A stretch of 64,000 nt of DNA. Origin: Armatimonadota bacterium. GTDB taxonomy: Bacteria; Armatimonadota; UBA5829; DTLH01. The position numbers were made by a program, and so were the translations under genes. How positions within the stretch are numbered: position 1 is the first letter of the stretch; the number at the start of each line of letters is the position of its first letter. Shown one piece after another: positions 28,708-39,469 of this stretch. The stretch covers positions 192,001-256,000 of the forward strand of contig JBDKUN010000033.1 of the NCBI GenBank assembly GCA_039679675.1, written 5' to 3'. The notes below the pieces were generated by a model, which saw only the letters and a program-made list of their open reading frames with translations, searched no databases and was not told where the DNA came from.

Positions 28708-31700
28708 ACATAGCGAAATTTGCAGTCAGCCGCCCGGTCGCTGTTGTGATGCAGATCGCAGCGCTGGTCCTTCTCGGCATCGTATGCTTGATGCGGCTTC
28801 CTGTAGACCTTTTGCCTGATGTTACGATGCCGATGGTCAGCGTGACCACACAGTGGCCGAACGTTGCGCCGGAAGAGATCGAAGCACAGATTACACGTCC
28901 TATCGAGCGTGCGGTTTCGTCAGTGCCGGGGATGAATCAGGTCACATCGAGCAGCGTTACGGGTTCTTCTCAGGTGCGGATCCAGTTCTGCTGGGGAGTA
29001 GATATAGGCCAGGCCGCAGTAGACGTTCTCCAGCAGGTCCAGCGCGCGCAGCGGTCATTCCCATCCGATCCGACCATACAGAACCCGACTGTAGTAAAGT
29101 CTGACCCCAACCAGATGCCGATTATCAATTACGCTGTGTCCGGTATGGATGATCCTGTAAAACTGCGCTCCCTAGTCGACAACCAGATCACACCAATGTT
29201 GGACTCAGTAGATGGTGTCGCGTCCGCGACGGTCACAGGCGGTCAACAAAGGGGCATCATAATAGATGTGGACCCGTATAAGCTCAGGGCGCACCAGTTG
29301 TCGCTTTCGGATATTACTAAACGAATCTCTCAGGAGAACGCCAACCTGCCTGCCGGTATCGCAAAAGAGAGCAATACCGAATACACTATCCGCAGTATTG
29401 GATGGTTCAAGAGCGTCAATGAGATTGGCCGGATTCCAATAAAGTCTTTCGATGGAGACCTGGTACATCTGAGCGATGTTGCCGGCGTCTGCGACTCGCA
29501 TTCAGAAACCAGGCTTTTTACACGCATCAATGGCAAGCCGTCCGTCGGTATTTCCATCACAAAACAGAGCGGTGCAAACACCATAAGCACAGCGGACGCT
29601 GTCTTTGCGCGGGTCAAACAGATCGAGAAGATTTACCCGAACCTGAAATTTGACCTCGCAAACGACCAGTCGCAGTTTATCAGGAACTCTGTCAATAACG
29701 TAAGGGACAGCGCCATCATCGGCGGAATCCTGGCGATACTCATACTCCTTTTCTTCCTGAGGAATATCCGAAGTACACTCGTTGTAGCGCTTTCGATCCC
29801 GATTTCGATCATTTCGACATTTGCGCTCATTTACATGTGCGGGTTTACCATAAACACCATGTCCCTTGGCGGGCTTGCGCTCGCTACGGGACTTATAGTC
29901 GATGATGCCGTTGTTGTGCTGGAGAATATATTCCGCCATATTGAGCGAGACAAGAAAAACGCAGCGGAGGCAGCTGTAAGTGGCACATCCGAGATAATAT
30001 CAGCCGTTGTGGCATCTACATGGACAGTAATGGTGGTCTTTCTGCCGCTCCTTCTCATTAAAGGCCAGGCCGGACAGATGTACACGCAGTTCGCGCTCGT
30101 TGTCATCTTCTCTCTCGCTGTCTCGCTTCTAGATGCTGTTACAGTTGTTCCGATGCTTGCGACGAAGCTGATTTCCGGTGAGGCGCACGCGGAGAACCTT
30201 GCGAATGCGTCAAATCATCCGAGTATCCTGATGCGGATGTTCCACCGCTGCGGAGAGTGGCTGAGTGAACTGGACGATGCCTACTCCAGAGGGCTTCGCT
30301 GGGCAATCCATCACAGGTTATGGACCGTATGCGGTGCAATGGGAGTTACAATCATCTGCCTGCTTCTGGCTACGCAGGTAGGTACTGAGCTTATGCCAAA
30401 AACCGATAACGGCACATTCAATGTAAGTGTCAAAATGCCGATTGGTACCGCACTTTCCCAGACCAATAAAGCAATGACCGCCATCGAGAAAATCGTCATG
30501 AAGAACCCAGATGTCGGCACTACGATGACAACAGTCGGTTCGGGTGGAAATTATAGAGCAGGCTCGGAGAGGCCTTACCAGGGCTCCGTATCAGTGAGAC
30601 TCAAGGACAACCGCCGAAAGTCTACCGATGACATCATCAAGAGTTTGCGCAAATCACTCGGAAGAATACCTGGCGTAAATGCCCGGCCATCGCAGAATGA
30701 TATTCTAACCCAGATGATGACCGGCGGTTCTCAGAATGTGGAAATCGACATCTTCGGAGACGATATGTCCACACTGTCCTCAATTGCAAAAGCAGTAATG
30801 GGCCGCTTAAGAGGTATCAATGGTCTTGAAAACCTTGATATCAACTGGCAGGAAGCAATGCCGGAGATTCAGTGGCACCTCGACCGGGATAAAGCCCAGC
30901 AGCTTGGCGTCAGTTTTTCGGATGTTGCAGATACCCTCAGCACAGCGACGAATGGCGACATTGCAAGCTATTACCAGGAAAATGGCTTCCAATATCCTAT
31001 AATCGTCCAGCTGCCTGAAGCTGATCGAAAAACTGTATCGAAGATGAGCGACATTATCGTGAAAGCTAATGCAAACTCACCCGATATAGTTCTAAGCCAG
31101 GTGGCTAGCCCGGAATACGGGATGGGACCAAGTGAAATCACCCGCATGGACCGAAAACGTTACGTGGCGGTAACCGGAATGCCGCAGGGGCGTTCATCCG
31201 GCGAAATCAGTGCCGACATAGAAAAGGCCATGAAAGGGATTGAGCTCCCGGCAGGATATTACTGGGACTGGGGAACCAACCAGAAGCAGACTGCGGATGA
31301 GTTCGGGGGAATGGCACTTGCCGTATTCCTGGCTATCGCACTTATTTACATGCTTTTAGCATCGCAGTTCGAGTCTTTCATACACCCGCTTACAATCCTG
31401 CTTTCCGTCCCGCTGGCAGGTGCCGGCGTAGTGCTCGGCCTGTTCCTCACAAACCGGTCATTCGGCTTGACTGCGTTTATCGGTGTATTGATGCTCGTCG
31501 GAATCGTCGTTAAAAACGGTATTCTGCTGGTCGACTATACGAACAAGCTGAGGGAGCGAGGGATCAAGCGGGAAGAGGCACTTATCACTGCAGGGCGGAC
31601 CAGGCTTCGTCCGATCCTTATGACCGCATCAGCGGCGATTCTTGGTATGCTTCCGCTCGCACTGGCACTTGGCGAGGGTTCTGAGGTCCAGGCTCCTATG

Positions 31701-31832
31701 GCTACAACGGTTATAGGCGGACTTTTGACTTCCACAGCGCTTACATTGTTTGTTGTGCCGGTCGTTTACTCGCTGTTGGATGATCTTGTGGGCAAACGGA
31801 AAGATAAGGAGCAATCAGATGCTGGACAGTGA
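28704..31832 (+). CDS. RND efflux permease (AcrB/AcrD/AcrF family)
   Basis: LPVDLLP, GLIVDDAVVVLENI, GIVVKNGILLVD, RLRPILMT; 1042 aa. Confidence 0.93.
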   Translation: MNIAKFAVSRPVAVVMQIAALVLLGIVCLMRLPVDLLPDVTMPMVSVTTQWPNVAPEEIEAQITRPIERAVSSVPGMNQVTSSSVTGSSQVRIQFCWGVDIGQAAVDVLQQVQRAQRSFPSDPTIQNPTVVKSDPNQMPIINYAVSGMDDPVKLRSLVDNQITPMLDSVDGVASATVTGGQQRGIIIDVDPYKLRAHQLSLSDITKRISQENANLPAGIAKESNTEYTIRSIGWFKSVNEIGRIPIKSFDGDLVHLSDVAGVCDSHSETRLFTRINGKPSVGISITKQSGANTISTADAVFARVKQIEKIYPNLKFDLANDQSQFIRNSVNNVRDSAIIGGILAILILLFFLRNIRSTLVVALSIPISIISTFALIYMCGFTINTMSLGGLALATGLIVDDAVVVLENIFRHIERDKKNAAEAAVSGTSEIISAVVASTWTVMVVFLPLLLIKGQAGQMYTQFALVVIFSLAVSLLDAVTVVPMLATKLISGEAHAENLANASNHPSILMRMFHRCGEWLSELDDAYSRGLRWAIHHRLWTVCGAMGVTIICLLLATQVGTELMPKTDNGTFNVSVKMPIGTALSQTNKAMTAIEKIVMKNPDVGTTMTTVGSGGNYRAGSERPYQGSVSVRLKDNRRKSTDDIIKSLRKSLGRIPGVNARPSQNDILTQMMTGGSQNVEIDIFGDDMSTLSSIAKAVMGRLRGINGLENLDINWQEAMPEIQWHLDRDKAQQLGVSFSDVADTLSTATNGDIASYYQENGFQYPIIVQLPEADRKTVSKMSDIIVKANANSPDIVLSQVASPEYGMGPSEITRMDRKRYVAVTGMPQGRSSGEISADIEKAMKGIELPAGYYWDWGTNQKQTADEFGGMALAVFLAIALIYMLLASQFESFIHPLTILLSVPLAGAGVVLGLFLTNRSFGLTAFIGVLMLVGIVVKNGILLVDYTNKLRERGIKREEALITAGRTRLRPILMTASAAILGMLPLALALGEGSEVQAPMATTVIGGLLTSTALTLFVVPVVYSLLDDLVGKRKDKEQSDAGQ

Positions 31833-32304
31833 CATATTGCAGCAGGCAAATGAGCTGGCATCGCTTATTTCCAGGCTCATACGCACATTGTATACGCTTG
31901 AAACAGGCGATATGGCTGGGGGGCTTCCGATAGCGCAGCTTCGGGCGTGCGGCGCTCTTCTGGAAAAGCCCAGGACGATCTCCTGTCTCAGTAAGGAACT
32001 CGGTATATCGGTAAGCGCAGGAACTCAGCTTGCCGACCGACTCGAAAAAGCCGGACTTGCGGAGCGTTTTGCCGAGCAGGGCGACAATCGAGTAAAGCAT
32101 CTGCGTTTGACAGACCACGGGCGGCAGATGATCATTACTCGCCGTGGAAAGCGTGTCGAACGCACAGCCAAAGTTCTTAACGAGCTGTCTTCCGAAGACC
32201 GTAAACGGATTATTTATTATATGGAGAAGCTTTACCAGGCAGGCAAAATAACACAACAGCCGGTCGAGGACTCTCTGACTGCTGTTGTGACCTCGTTGGA
32301 TTAA
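31819..32304 (+). CDS. MarR-family regulator
   Basis: LSKELGISVSAGTQLADRLEKAGL..R..D.R...L.LT..G; RBS AAGGAG. Confidence 0.85.
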   Translation: MLDSDILQQANELASLISRLIRTLYTLETGDMAGGLPIAQLRACGALLEKPRTISCLSKELGISVSAGTQLADRLEKAGLAERFAEQGDNRVKHLRLTDHGRQMIITRRGKRVERTAKVLNELSSEDRKRIIYYMEKLYQAGKITQQPVEDSLTAVVTSLD

Positions 32305-32306
32305 TC

Positions 32307-33740
32307 ATGGGAGTAATCATGCGCAAGTGCATTCTAAAATCGTTCCAGCGGACATGTGTCTTAATCGTACCGCTGTTTATATCCATCAACATCGGGTTTT
32401 GCTCGGATACTATGCCGGTCAAACCCAAAATAACGGAAACACCTCTTCCTGCCGAGGTGCAGTTGCCTGCACCACCGAGTATTCCGGCAGATATACCCAA
32501 CCGGCCACTGACCGCGGATGAAGCTGCTGCGGTAGCGCTCTATCACCAGCCGAACATCACCGCCGCCAAAGCCGGAGTAACTGCTGCCGTGGGCAAAGTT
32601 CAGCAGGCTCAATCCGGCCTTTTACCTTCCCTCAGCACCGGCGCAGGCTATACAAACACCGTGATTTCACATACCACCGCAGGAAGCTCTGATGGTATCG
32701 GAACATCGGATGGCTTCAAATTGACAGCGAATCTAAACCAGCTATTATTTGACTTCAACCACACGAGAGATCTGGTCAGACAGGCAAACGCGCAGCAGAA
32801 ATCGGCGAATGCGGGGCTTGAGAAGACCCAATCGGATGTAATCTATCAGGTGAAACAGGCATTTTACAACTATTCGCAGAACCTGCGGCTGATTGAGGTC
32901 AATGAATCGAACCTGAAGAACCAGCAGAACCATCTCGCATCCGCCCAGGCCAAGGTAGACGCCGGTTTGGGGCTTCCTATGGATGTAGTCCGCGCTCAGA
33001 CAGCAGTTGCAGACGCTACCCTCAACCTGACCATTGCCAGAAACAACGCATCGATAGCACGAGTGAACATGGCGCAGCTTATGGGTATCGATCCGAGGAC
33101 TCCAATTGAGATTGCTGATTCCGGCGAACCATCGGAGCAGGCGGATGATCTAAATGCGCTTGTAGATCTCGCTATGACAAAGCGCCCTGAAGTAAAACAG
33201 GCGGAGCATTCGATTTCAGCGGCTGGCTACGGTGTTCAGGCGGCGAAGACCAGCAATTCACCTGCGGTGAGTGCTGATTTGGGATGGCTTGGAAAGGGGT
33301 CTACGCTTTCTACGGACCACGATTCGCTGGCCTATGGTATTACAGTGACCTGGACACTGTTCGATTCCGGCTATACAAAGGGCCGTGTAACGGAAGCCAA
33401 CGCCAACCTTCAAACTGTGCAAGCGCAGATGGAAACAGTAAAGAATACCGTAACATCCGATGTCTCGCAGGCATATCTGAACCTGAAAACCGCCGAGCAG
33501 CGGATTACCACTGCCAGTGCGGAAGTTTCAAACGCAGAAGAAGCCACGCGCCTTGCCGAAGGCCGGTATTCATCGGGACTGGGGACATTTCTGGACGTTT
33601 TGGACGCACAGAACGCTCTTCTTACAGCAAAAACCAACCAGGTAAACGCTGAATCAGCATTGAGCGTTGCCCGCGCCGGACTGAGCCACGCAACCGGATC
33701 ATCAGTTGCTAAATTTCAAGGCGAACAAATGCCCAAGTAA
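32307..33740 (+). CDS. TolC-family outer membrane efflux protein
   Basis: Signal peptide, duplicated OEP repeats, RY..GLGTFLDVLDAQ. Confidence 0.88.
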   Translation: MGVIMRKCILKSFQRTCVLIVPLFISINIGFCSDTMPVKPKITETPLPAEVQLPAPPSIPADIPNRPLTADEAAAVALYHQPNITAAKAGVTAAVGKVQQAQSGLLPSLSTGAGYTNTVISHTTAGSSDGIGTSDGFKLTANLNQLLFDFNHTRDLVRQANAQQKSANAGLEKTQSDVIYQVKQAFYNYSQNLRLIEVNESNLKNQQNHLASAQAKVDAGLGLPMDVVRAQTAVADATLNLTIARNNASIARVNMAQLMGIDPRTPIEIADSGEPSEQADDLNALVDLAMTKRPEVKQAEHSISAAGYGVQAAKTSNSPAVSADLGWLGKGSTLSTDHDSLAYGITVTWTLFDSGYTKGRVTEANANLQTVQAQMETVKNTVTSDVSQAYLNLKTAEQRITTASAEVSNAEEATRLAEGRYSSGLGTFLDVLDAQNALLTAKTNQVNAESALSVARAGLSHATGSSVAKFQGEQMPK

Positions 33741-33766
33741 TCTTTTCTGCATATAGTTGGGTTGTA

Positions 33767-33806
33767 AAAGAAGGCTGGGGGACTGGTTCAACCCCCGGCC
33801 TTCTTT
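33767..33806. terminator. Bidirectional intrinsic terminator
   Basis: AAAGAAGGCTGGGGG..CCCCCGGCCTTCTTT between convergent genes. Confidence 0.7.
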
Positions 33807-33811
33807 ATAAA

Positions 33812-33940
33812 TATCTGCTTATTGTTGATTATGTCATTCTGAACGTAGTGAAGAATCTCAAAATGTCGAATAGTTGAGATCCTTCGCCTACGGCTCAGGA
33901 TGACATGCAATTTATTAATATTCAACTTAGCTAAGCAGTA
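33812..33940. mobile_element. 129-bp MITE-like palindromic element, copy 1 (eroded terminal repeats)
   Basis: Core TGTCATTCTGAACGTAGTGAAGAATCTCAA..TTGAGATCCTTCG..CTCAGGATGACA; near reverse complement of 62934-63062; TA at both ends. Confidence 0.7.
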
Positions 33941-33942
33941 TC

Positions 33943-34398
33943 CTATTTGGGTTTTTTATCGATTAACGCAATTGAGCTTTCTTCTGACATACCAAGCACA
34001 GCAGACAGCTCTTCAGTAAGCAGCCTTTTAGCGCGCTTTAGTTGCTGCTGTTGGGTTATCTTAGGATAACGTGATTTGGGACCTATCATACCGCCTCTGA
34101 TAGCGCGTGCAAGACCAATGGGATCACTCCAATTTATTGCAGCTTCTTCATCACAAAGATCGGCGTCATCGGCTTCGCCGGAGAGGATACTTATGGCTTG
34201 TTTGAGTGTTTCAGCGGTAGCCAGCGGCCGCAGTCCAAGCTGGTCTGCCGTGTCTACCGGTACAAGGATTGTCGAGGCCATAGATGGTTTAGGAATAACG
34301 TAATAATTTCGGTCCACGCCATACTCCGAACGTTCCTCAATTGATTCAATGACTCCCACACCATATCTGGGATGCAATACTGCTTCGCCGATTTCCAT
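33943..34398 (-). CDS. CarD-like transcriptional regulator
   Basis: GE.V.HP.YGVG.I..IE, ILVPV..A..LGLR, A...L.EELS.VL. Confidence 0.75.
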   Translation of the reverse strand: MEIGEAVLHPRYGVGVIESIEERSEYGVDRNYYVIPKPSMASTILVPVDTADQLGLRPLATAETLKQAISILSGEADDADLCDEEAAINWSDPIGLARAIRGGMIGPKSRYPKITQQQQLKRAKRLLTEELSAVLGMSEESSIALIDKKPK

Positions 34399-34564
34399 TC
34401 GAGAAACCGCCCCCTTTCAAGGTTCTTGCCAGCGGCTGGTTGATAAAGACTGCATTCATAACCGGCTTGCTCGGCGCGCAACTCAGTTACTATAACTGAT
34501 TGACAGTTATAGTGTATAATTATATAGTATAAGTATATAACATTTTGAGGTAAATAAGCAAGGT

Positions 34565-35005
34565 ATGGTAGACGATATAATTGACGCACTTGAAACAGCA
34601 AAGGAAGCCTGTAAACTTTTGCCGCCGGTACTGCCGAATATGAAGCCGGTCCATTTTCGTGTTTTAAATGCACTTTACCGAATCCGCGATGACTCCGCAA
34701 GTTCACGCATATCGGATATAAGCAAGGTATTAGGCTTTTTGCTTCCCAATACAACAAAACTGATCAACGAAATGGTCGAGCTGAACATCGTCGAAAAATT
34801 TACTATGCCTTCCGACAAGCGCGTCGTATTGGTAAGGACAACCGACGTTGGCGAGAAATACCTTCAAGGCTGTGTCTTGGCATATCGTAAACGTCTGCAG
34901 GAGGAGTTTTCCAAACTAAATGAATCTGACTGCATAACGATGATCGAGACTATCAATAAGATCCACAAGATACTGAAACAGATCTATGAGAGCGAAATGC
35001 AGTGA
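34565..35005 (+). CDS. MarR-family regulator
   Basis: RISDIS..L....PN.TKLINE...L.IV.K....DKRV.LV..T..G. Confidence 0.82.
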   Translation: MVDDIIDALETAKEACKLLPPVLPNMKPVHFRVLNALYRIRDDSASSRISDISKVLGFLLPNTTKLINEMVELNIVEKFTMPSDKRVVLVRTTDVGEKYLQGCVLAYRKRLQEEFSKLNESDCITMIETINKIHKILKQIYESEMQ

Positions 35006-35173
35006 GGATTTGAATGGGTTGTCGTCTATTGATATTTAAAACGGAGATAGTCTTTCATTTGTAAAATACGATCAGTTTTCTGGCCTGCTATACAGCCATT
35101 CTAAACCGGATGAACACTGATATAATACGAAAAAATACGAGCCAAAACAGCAGATAGAGAGTAGAATATATCA

Positions 35174-36592
35174 GTGCAAACCCATAAACCTGAAACAACC
35201 GGTCCGAGAGCGAACCGTTGGAAAATATTAGCCGCGACATTGTTCGTCCTTATTATGACTCCACTTGATGGGACCTCCGTAAATGTTGCCATCCCGATCA
35301 TGCAAAGGGAATTTCATATTGCCCTTTCTCAGGTAGCATGGGTCTCACTTGTTTATCTTCTGGTGTGTACCAGCTTCATCCTGCCGTTCGGACGGGTGGG
35401 GGATATTTGGGGGTTTCGGCGGGTTTTCCTCGCCGGGGCATTTATATTTGTCTTATCGTCCGCAATGTGCGGGTTTTCCCCTGCGTTCCATTGGCTCATC
35501 ATCGGACGCACGATACAGGGAATTGGCGCATGCATGCTCATGTCGGTCAGTTCCGCGTTGACCACGGCCATTTTTCCCAGCAATGAACGGGGCAGGGCGC
35601 TTGGAGTAGTGGGGATGGTGATTGCGATAGGAGCAATCATTGGTCCATCACTCGGCGGATTCCTTACCAGCATCGGCGGGTGGCGGCTGATATTCCTCAT
35701 CAATCTGCCTATCGGCATAATCGGGCTGATCTTGTGCAATAAGATGGTGCCGGAAATCAGGATGGATAAAGGAAGCAAGATTGACTGGGCAGGAGCCATC
35801 CTGCTTGTCCTTTCGCTCGGCAGTTTTATGCTTGCAGTCACCCAGGGTGAGCACTGGGGCTGGAAGTCGGCCCCTGTCCTGGGCCTGATAGCACTGTGGC
35901 TGGTATTGGGAACGGCATTCTTTGTTTTTGAGTCGAGATCAGCATCGCCGATATTGGACCTGAGCCTTTTCAAACATCCGACATTTACTGGAGCGAATGT
36001 TGCTCTTACAATGAACTTCATGAGCCAATTCTGCGTGACGTTTCTAGTCCCGAAATACCTGATGGACGGAATGCACCTGTCTGTTGCTCATACAGGACTT
36101 GTAATGATGGCATCTCCGGCAGTTATTTTCGCCATCGCCCCTCTGAGCGGTGCATTGTCCGACCGCATAGGCACGCGTCCACTCGCAATAATGGGTGAAT
36201 TGCTTGTCACATCCGGGCTGGCGAGCCTGGCCTTTATAGTTCCATGCAAAAACATAGCATATGTAGTTGTCTCGCTCCTTCTGGTGGGAATCGGTGCAGG
36301 GCTTTTTCAGTCGCCGAATAATAGCGCGATTATGGGCAGCGTTCCCCGCGCCCGGCTTGGAACGGGGAGTGCAGTGCTGGCTGCCATGAGAAATTTGGGG
36401 ATGGCACTCGGCATAACCGTAAGCAGCGTGTCTGCAACACTTGGAATGAACCATTTCTTAAGGACTCATTCGAGTATGATGGCCCAATCCTTGTTCTTCG
36501 GCATTCGTTTTGCATTCTTCACCGGAGCAGCGTTCGCATTTTTGGGCGTCTTGACAAGTGCGATACGCCCTGACACAAATATTGCCGCGTAA
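35174..36592 (+). CDS. MFS drug:H+ antiporter, DHA2 (EmrB/QacA) family
   Basis: LDGTSVNVAIP, G.VGD.WG.RR, GPSLGG.L....WR.IF.INLPIG, FQSPNN. Confidence 0.9.
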   Translation: MQTHKPETTGPRANRWKILAATLFVLIMTPLDGTSVNVAIPIMQREFHIALSQVAWVSLVYLLVCTSFILPFGRVGDIWGFRRVFLAGAFIFVLSSAMCGFSPAFHWLIIGRTIQGIGACMLMSVSSALTTAIFPSNERGRALGVVGMVIAIGAIIGPSLGGFLTSIGGWRLIFLINLPIGIIGLILCNKMVPEIRMDKGSKIDWAGAILLVLSLGSFMLAVTQGEHWGWKSAPVLGLIALWLVLGTAFFVFESRSASPILDLSLFKHPTFTGANVALTMNFMSQFCVTFLVPKYLMDGMHLSVAHTGLVMMASPAVIFAIAPLSGALSDRIGTRPLAIMGELLVTSGLASLAFIVPCKNIAYVVVSLLLVGIGAGLFQSPNNSAIMGSVPRARLGTGSAVLAAMRNLGMALGITVSSVSATLGMNHFLRTHSSMMAQSLFFGIRFAFFTGAAFAFLGVLTSAIRPDTNIAA

Positions 36593-36626
36593 ATAGTCAC
36601 ACATTGAATATTCTGGAGAAAGCAGT

Positions 36627-37742
36627 ATGAGTAAATTAGGATTCGGGTTGATGCGTTTACCGGTAACGGTAGAAGGAGATCCGAAAAGCATCGATCAGGA
36701 ACTTGTAAACAAGATGGTGGACTACTATCTGGAGAAGGGGTTTACATATTTCGATACGGCGTACCCATACCACCAGGGAATGAGCGAGGTTGCCGCAAGA
36801 AAGGCTATTGTAGAGAGGCATCCAAGGGAATCATTCACGTTAGCAGACAAAATGCCGACCTTTTTCGTAACGTCCGGCGCGGATTATCAGAGATTCTTCG
36901 ATGAGCAGCTGGAAAGATGCGGTGTTCAGTATTTTGATTATTATCTGCTGCATACTCTGGGTGCGAGGCTCTACGCAGGTACTCTGGAATACGGCGGCTT
37001 TGACTTTATGAAGAAGCTGAAAGCCGAAGGAAAGGCAAAACACATCGGCTTTTCTTATCATGACAAGGCAGAACTGCTGGACAGGATACTGACGGAGCAT
37101 CCTGAGATGGAGTTCGTTCAGCTTCAGATAAACTACATAGACTGGGACAACACGAGCATCGAGTCCAGAAAATGCTACGATGTGGCGACAAAGCATAATA
37201 AGCCCGTCATTGTCATGGAACCCGTCAAAGGTGGCTCGCTTACTCATCTACCAGCTGAAGCGAACAAGATGTTTAGGGCTTATCACCCGGATATGAGTGC
37301 GGCATCATGGGCAATCCGCTTTGCGGCCTCTCTGGATAACGTTTTTATGGTGCTTAGCGGCATGAGCAGCTTTGAACAGGTAGTAGACAACACAAGCTAT
37401 ATGCAGGATATGGCGCTTTTGAATGACGAAGAGAAGGAAATCATCAAGAAGGCAACCGCGATAATCAACAGCAGCATTGCAATCCCCTGTACGGCGTGCC
37501 AGTATTGCGTGGACGGCTGTCCTCAGAAGATACCGATCTCGAAGTATTTCTCCTTATATAATGACCAGAACCGGTTCAAACTTGTACCTGCACATATGAA
37601 TTATTATACGAATCTAGCGCATGATTTCGGAAAGGCTTCGGACTGCATCGGCTGCAAGCAGTGTGAAGAGCACTGTCCGCAGAAGATAGACATTGTGGAG
37701 CAGTTGAAAGAAGTGGCTAAGGTATTTGATGTCAGCAGATAG
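36627..37742 (+). CDS. Aldo/keto reductase with C-terminal 4Fe-4S domain
   Basis: LGFGLMRLP, YFDTAYPYH, GFSYHD, VMEPVKGG, CTACQYC..CP and CIGCKQC..HCP. Confidence 0.9.
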   Translation: MSKLGFGLMRLPVTVEGDPKSIDQELVNKMVDYYLEKGFTYFDTAYPYHQGMSEVAARKAIVERHPRESFTLADKMPTFFVTSGADYQRFFDEQLERCGVQYFDYYLLHTLGARLYAGTLEYGGFDFMKKLKAEGKAKHIGFSYHDKAELLDRILTEHPEMEFVQLQINYIDWDNTSIESRKCYDVATKHNKPVIVMEPVKGGSLTHLPAEANKMFRAYHPDMSAASWAIRFAASLDNVFMVLSGMSSFEQVVDNTSYMQDMALLNDEEKEIIKKATAIINSSIAIPCTACQYCVDGCPQKIPISKYFSLYNDQNRFKLVPAHMNYYTNLAHDFGKASDCIGCKQCEEHCPQKIDIVEQLKEVAKVFDVSR

Positions 37743-37752
37743 TTGTTGATTC

Positions 37753-37800
37753 CATGCACAAGACGGACGTCAGCAGACTGTCCGTCTTGTGCATGATTTT
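37753..37800 (+). terminator. Long hairpin / terminator between convergent genes
   Basis: 16-bp perfect inverted repeat CATGCACAAGACGGAC / GTCCGTCTTGTGCATG then ATTTT. Confidence 0.6.
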
Positions 37801-37844
37801 GAAGGCGATCTACCTCTTAAAACGCATAAAAGGCAGAGCAATTT

Positions 37845-39455
37845 CTACGTATTTTTCAGTTTTCTCCAAAGCGTTGTCAATCCAATTCCAAGCATTTCGG
37901 CGGCACGTGTTTTATTGCCTCTCACACTTCTCATTACTGATCTTATATGTTCTTGTTCTACCTGGGCTAAGGTCTGGCATTTAGCTAAATCGGGTTGTGA
38001 GTTGGTTCCGAGGATGTATTCGGGCAGGTATTCTGGAGTAATCACACCCTTTTTCGCCAGCAGCGCAGCTCTGGTGATAACATATTCCAACTCGCGGGCA
38101 TTCCCTGGCCAATCGTAGTCTAGAAGATAGTCCAGGCATGTTACATCCAGTCTTTTACTGTGCAGGTTAAGCTTGCCGCATTGGTCTTTCAAAATTGCCC
38201 GAGCCACAGGCAGGATATCCTCTCTGCGATTCCGAAGCGGAGGAATATTTATTTCCATTGTGCCCAGACGGTAGTAAAGCTCACTGCGAAACTTTCCCTG
38301 CCTGACCAGTTCGGCCAAATCAGTCTCACTGGCAGCAATGATCCTTACGTTCGTCTGCCTTGGTGCGTTTTCGCCCAAGCGCACGACTTCATCAGACTCT
38401 ATGACGCGCAGTATCTTTAGTTGTGTTGCCGGGGATAGGTGTTCGATCTCATCAATGAACACGGTGCTCCCATTGTTTACTTCAAGCAAACCTTCTTTTT
38501 CTTTGTCAGCTCCGGGAAATGCACCGGCCGCGTGTCCAAAGAGTTCGCTGTCTAAAAGTGTTCCCGACAGGACACCGCAGTTCACAACTTTGAGCGGCAC
38601 TGATGCACTAGGCGACAATCGATGGATCATACGAGCTATATAATGCTTTCCTACACCGGGTTCTCCTGTTATAAGGACCGGAGATGTGAGCGGTGCAGCC
38701 TGCGTTACACGTTCGATTATCCGTTTGTAAGACTCACTGCAGCCGGCAGGCGCTCCTGCTCCGCCGTAGCTTCGATGTCTATCCGAACTCTGTTTCCTCT
38801 GACCTTCAAGCTCGGCGTTCTTCTGCATTAGTTCCGCGGTCAGCCTTTCAATCTTACCCTGAATGTCATCCGACTGGAAGTAAGGTAGATAGGCTTCCAA
38901 TTCCGTGCCCCACGTGTCTACATCTGCTCCAATCGCTATACAATGATCATCTCCCTTGCCTTTACAATCACGTTCGATGAAGTATATTGGCTTATCAACA
39001 CAGCACGACACATATCCGCTAGAATAGCCTATGTTAATCCAGCACACGGGATGGTCCGTAATACCGATTTCATCTATGAAGCATTCGGCCGCTCCTGAAT
39101 TATGCCAGATTACCTCAAATCGGTAGCGGCCGTTTTCGTTGTCCATCAAGGGAGCCGTGCCGACTACCTTTCCGATTCCCTGCATGCTCTGCAGTCGTAT
39201 TCCTGCCTTCAGTAATTCTTCCAGGCTGTCCCATTTGAAGAGTCGTTTCATCGCCTGTGCATCAGCCTGCCCCCAGAAGTAACCATACCTCGTAAGTATT
39301 CGCCGGGCTTGTTCAATACCGACCATGTCCAGCAGATCCTTTATAAACTGAGAGACTGCCCGCAAATCGTTTACCAGCAAACGGCGGTCCAGAAACATAA
39401 GTTGTCCTTTGGAGAAGCCTACCAGTTCATTTAGTTTAAGGTCTGATGCTCTCAT
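37845..39455 (-). CDS. XylR/DmpR-type enhancer-binding protein (XylR-N, V4R, AAA+, Fis HTH)
   Basis: G.L.F..RRLL, V4R Cys residues (VCW..GYSSG, E..C..KGDDHC), Walker A GEPGVGK, ELFGH..GAFPGA, WPGN.REL, GNK..AA..LG. Confidence 0.88.
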   Translation of the reverse strand: MRASDLKLNELVGFSKGQLMFLDRRLLVNDLRAVSQFIKDLLDMVGIEQARRILTRYGYFWGQADAQAMKRLFKWDSLEELLKAGIRLQSMQGIGKVVGTAPLMDNENGRYRFEVIWHNSGAAECFIDEIGITDHPVCWINIGYSSGYVSCCVDKPIYFIERDCKGKGDDHCIAIGADVDTWGTELEAYLPYFQSDDIQGKIERLTAELMQKNAELEGQRKQSSDRHRSYGGAGAPAGCSESYKRIIERVTQAAPLTSPVLITGEPGVGKHYIARMIHRLSPSASVPLKVVNCGVLSGTLLDSELFGHAAGAFPGADKEKEGLLEVNNGSTVFIDEIEHLSPATQLKILRVIESDEVVRLGENAPRQTNVRIIAASETDLAELVRQGKFRSELYYRLGTMEINIPPLRNRREDILPVARAILKDQCGKLNLHSKRLDVTCLDYLLDYDWPGNARELEYVITRAALLAKKGVITPEYLPEYILGTNSQPDLAKCQTLAQVEQEHIRSVMRSVRGNKTRAAEMLGIGLTTLWRKLKNT

Positions 39456-39469
39456 TATTCCGCCTCCTG

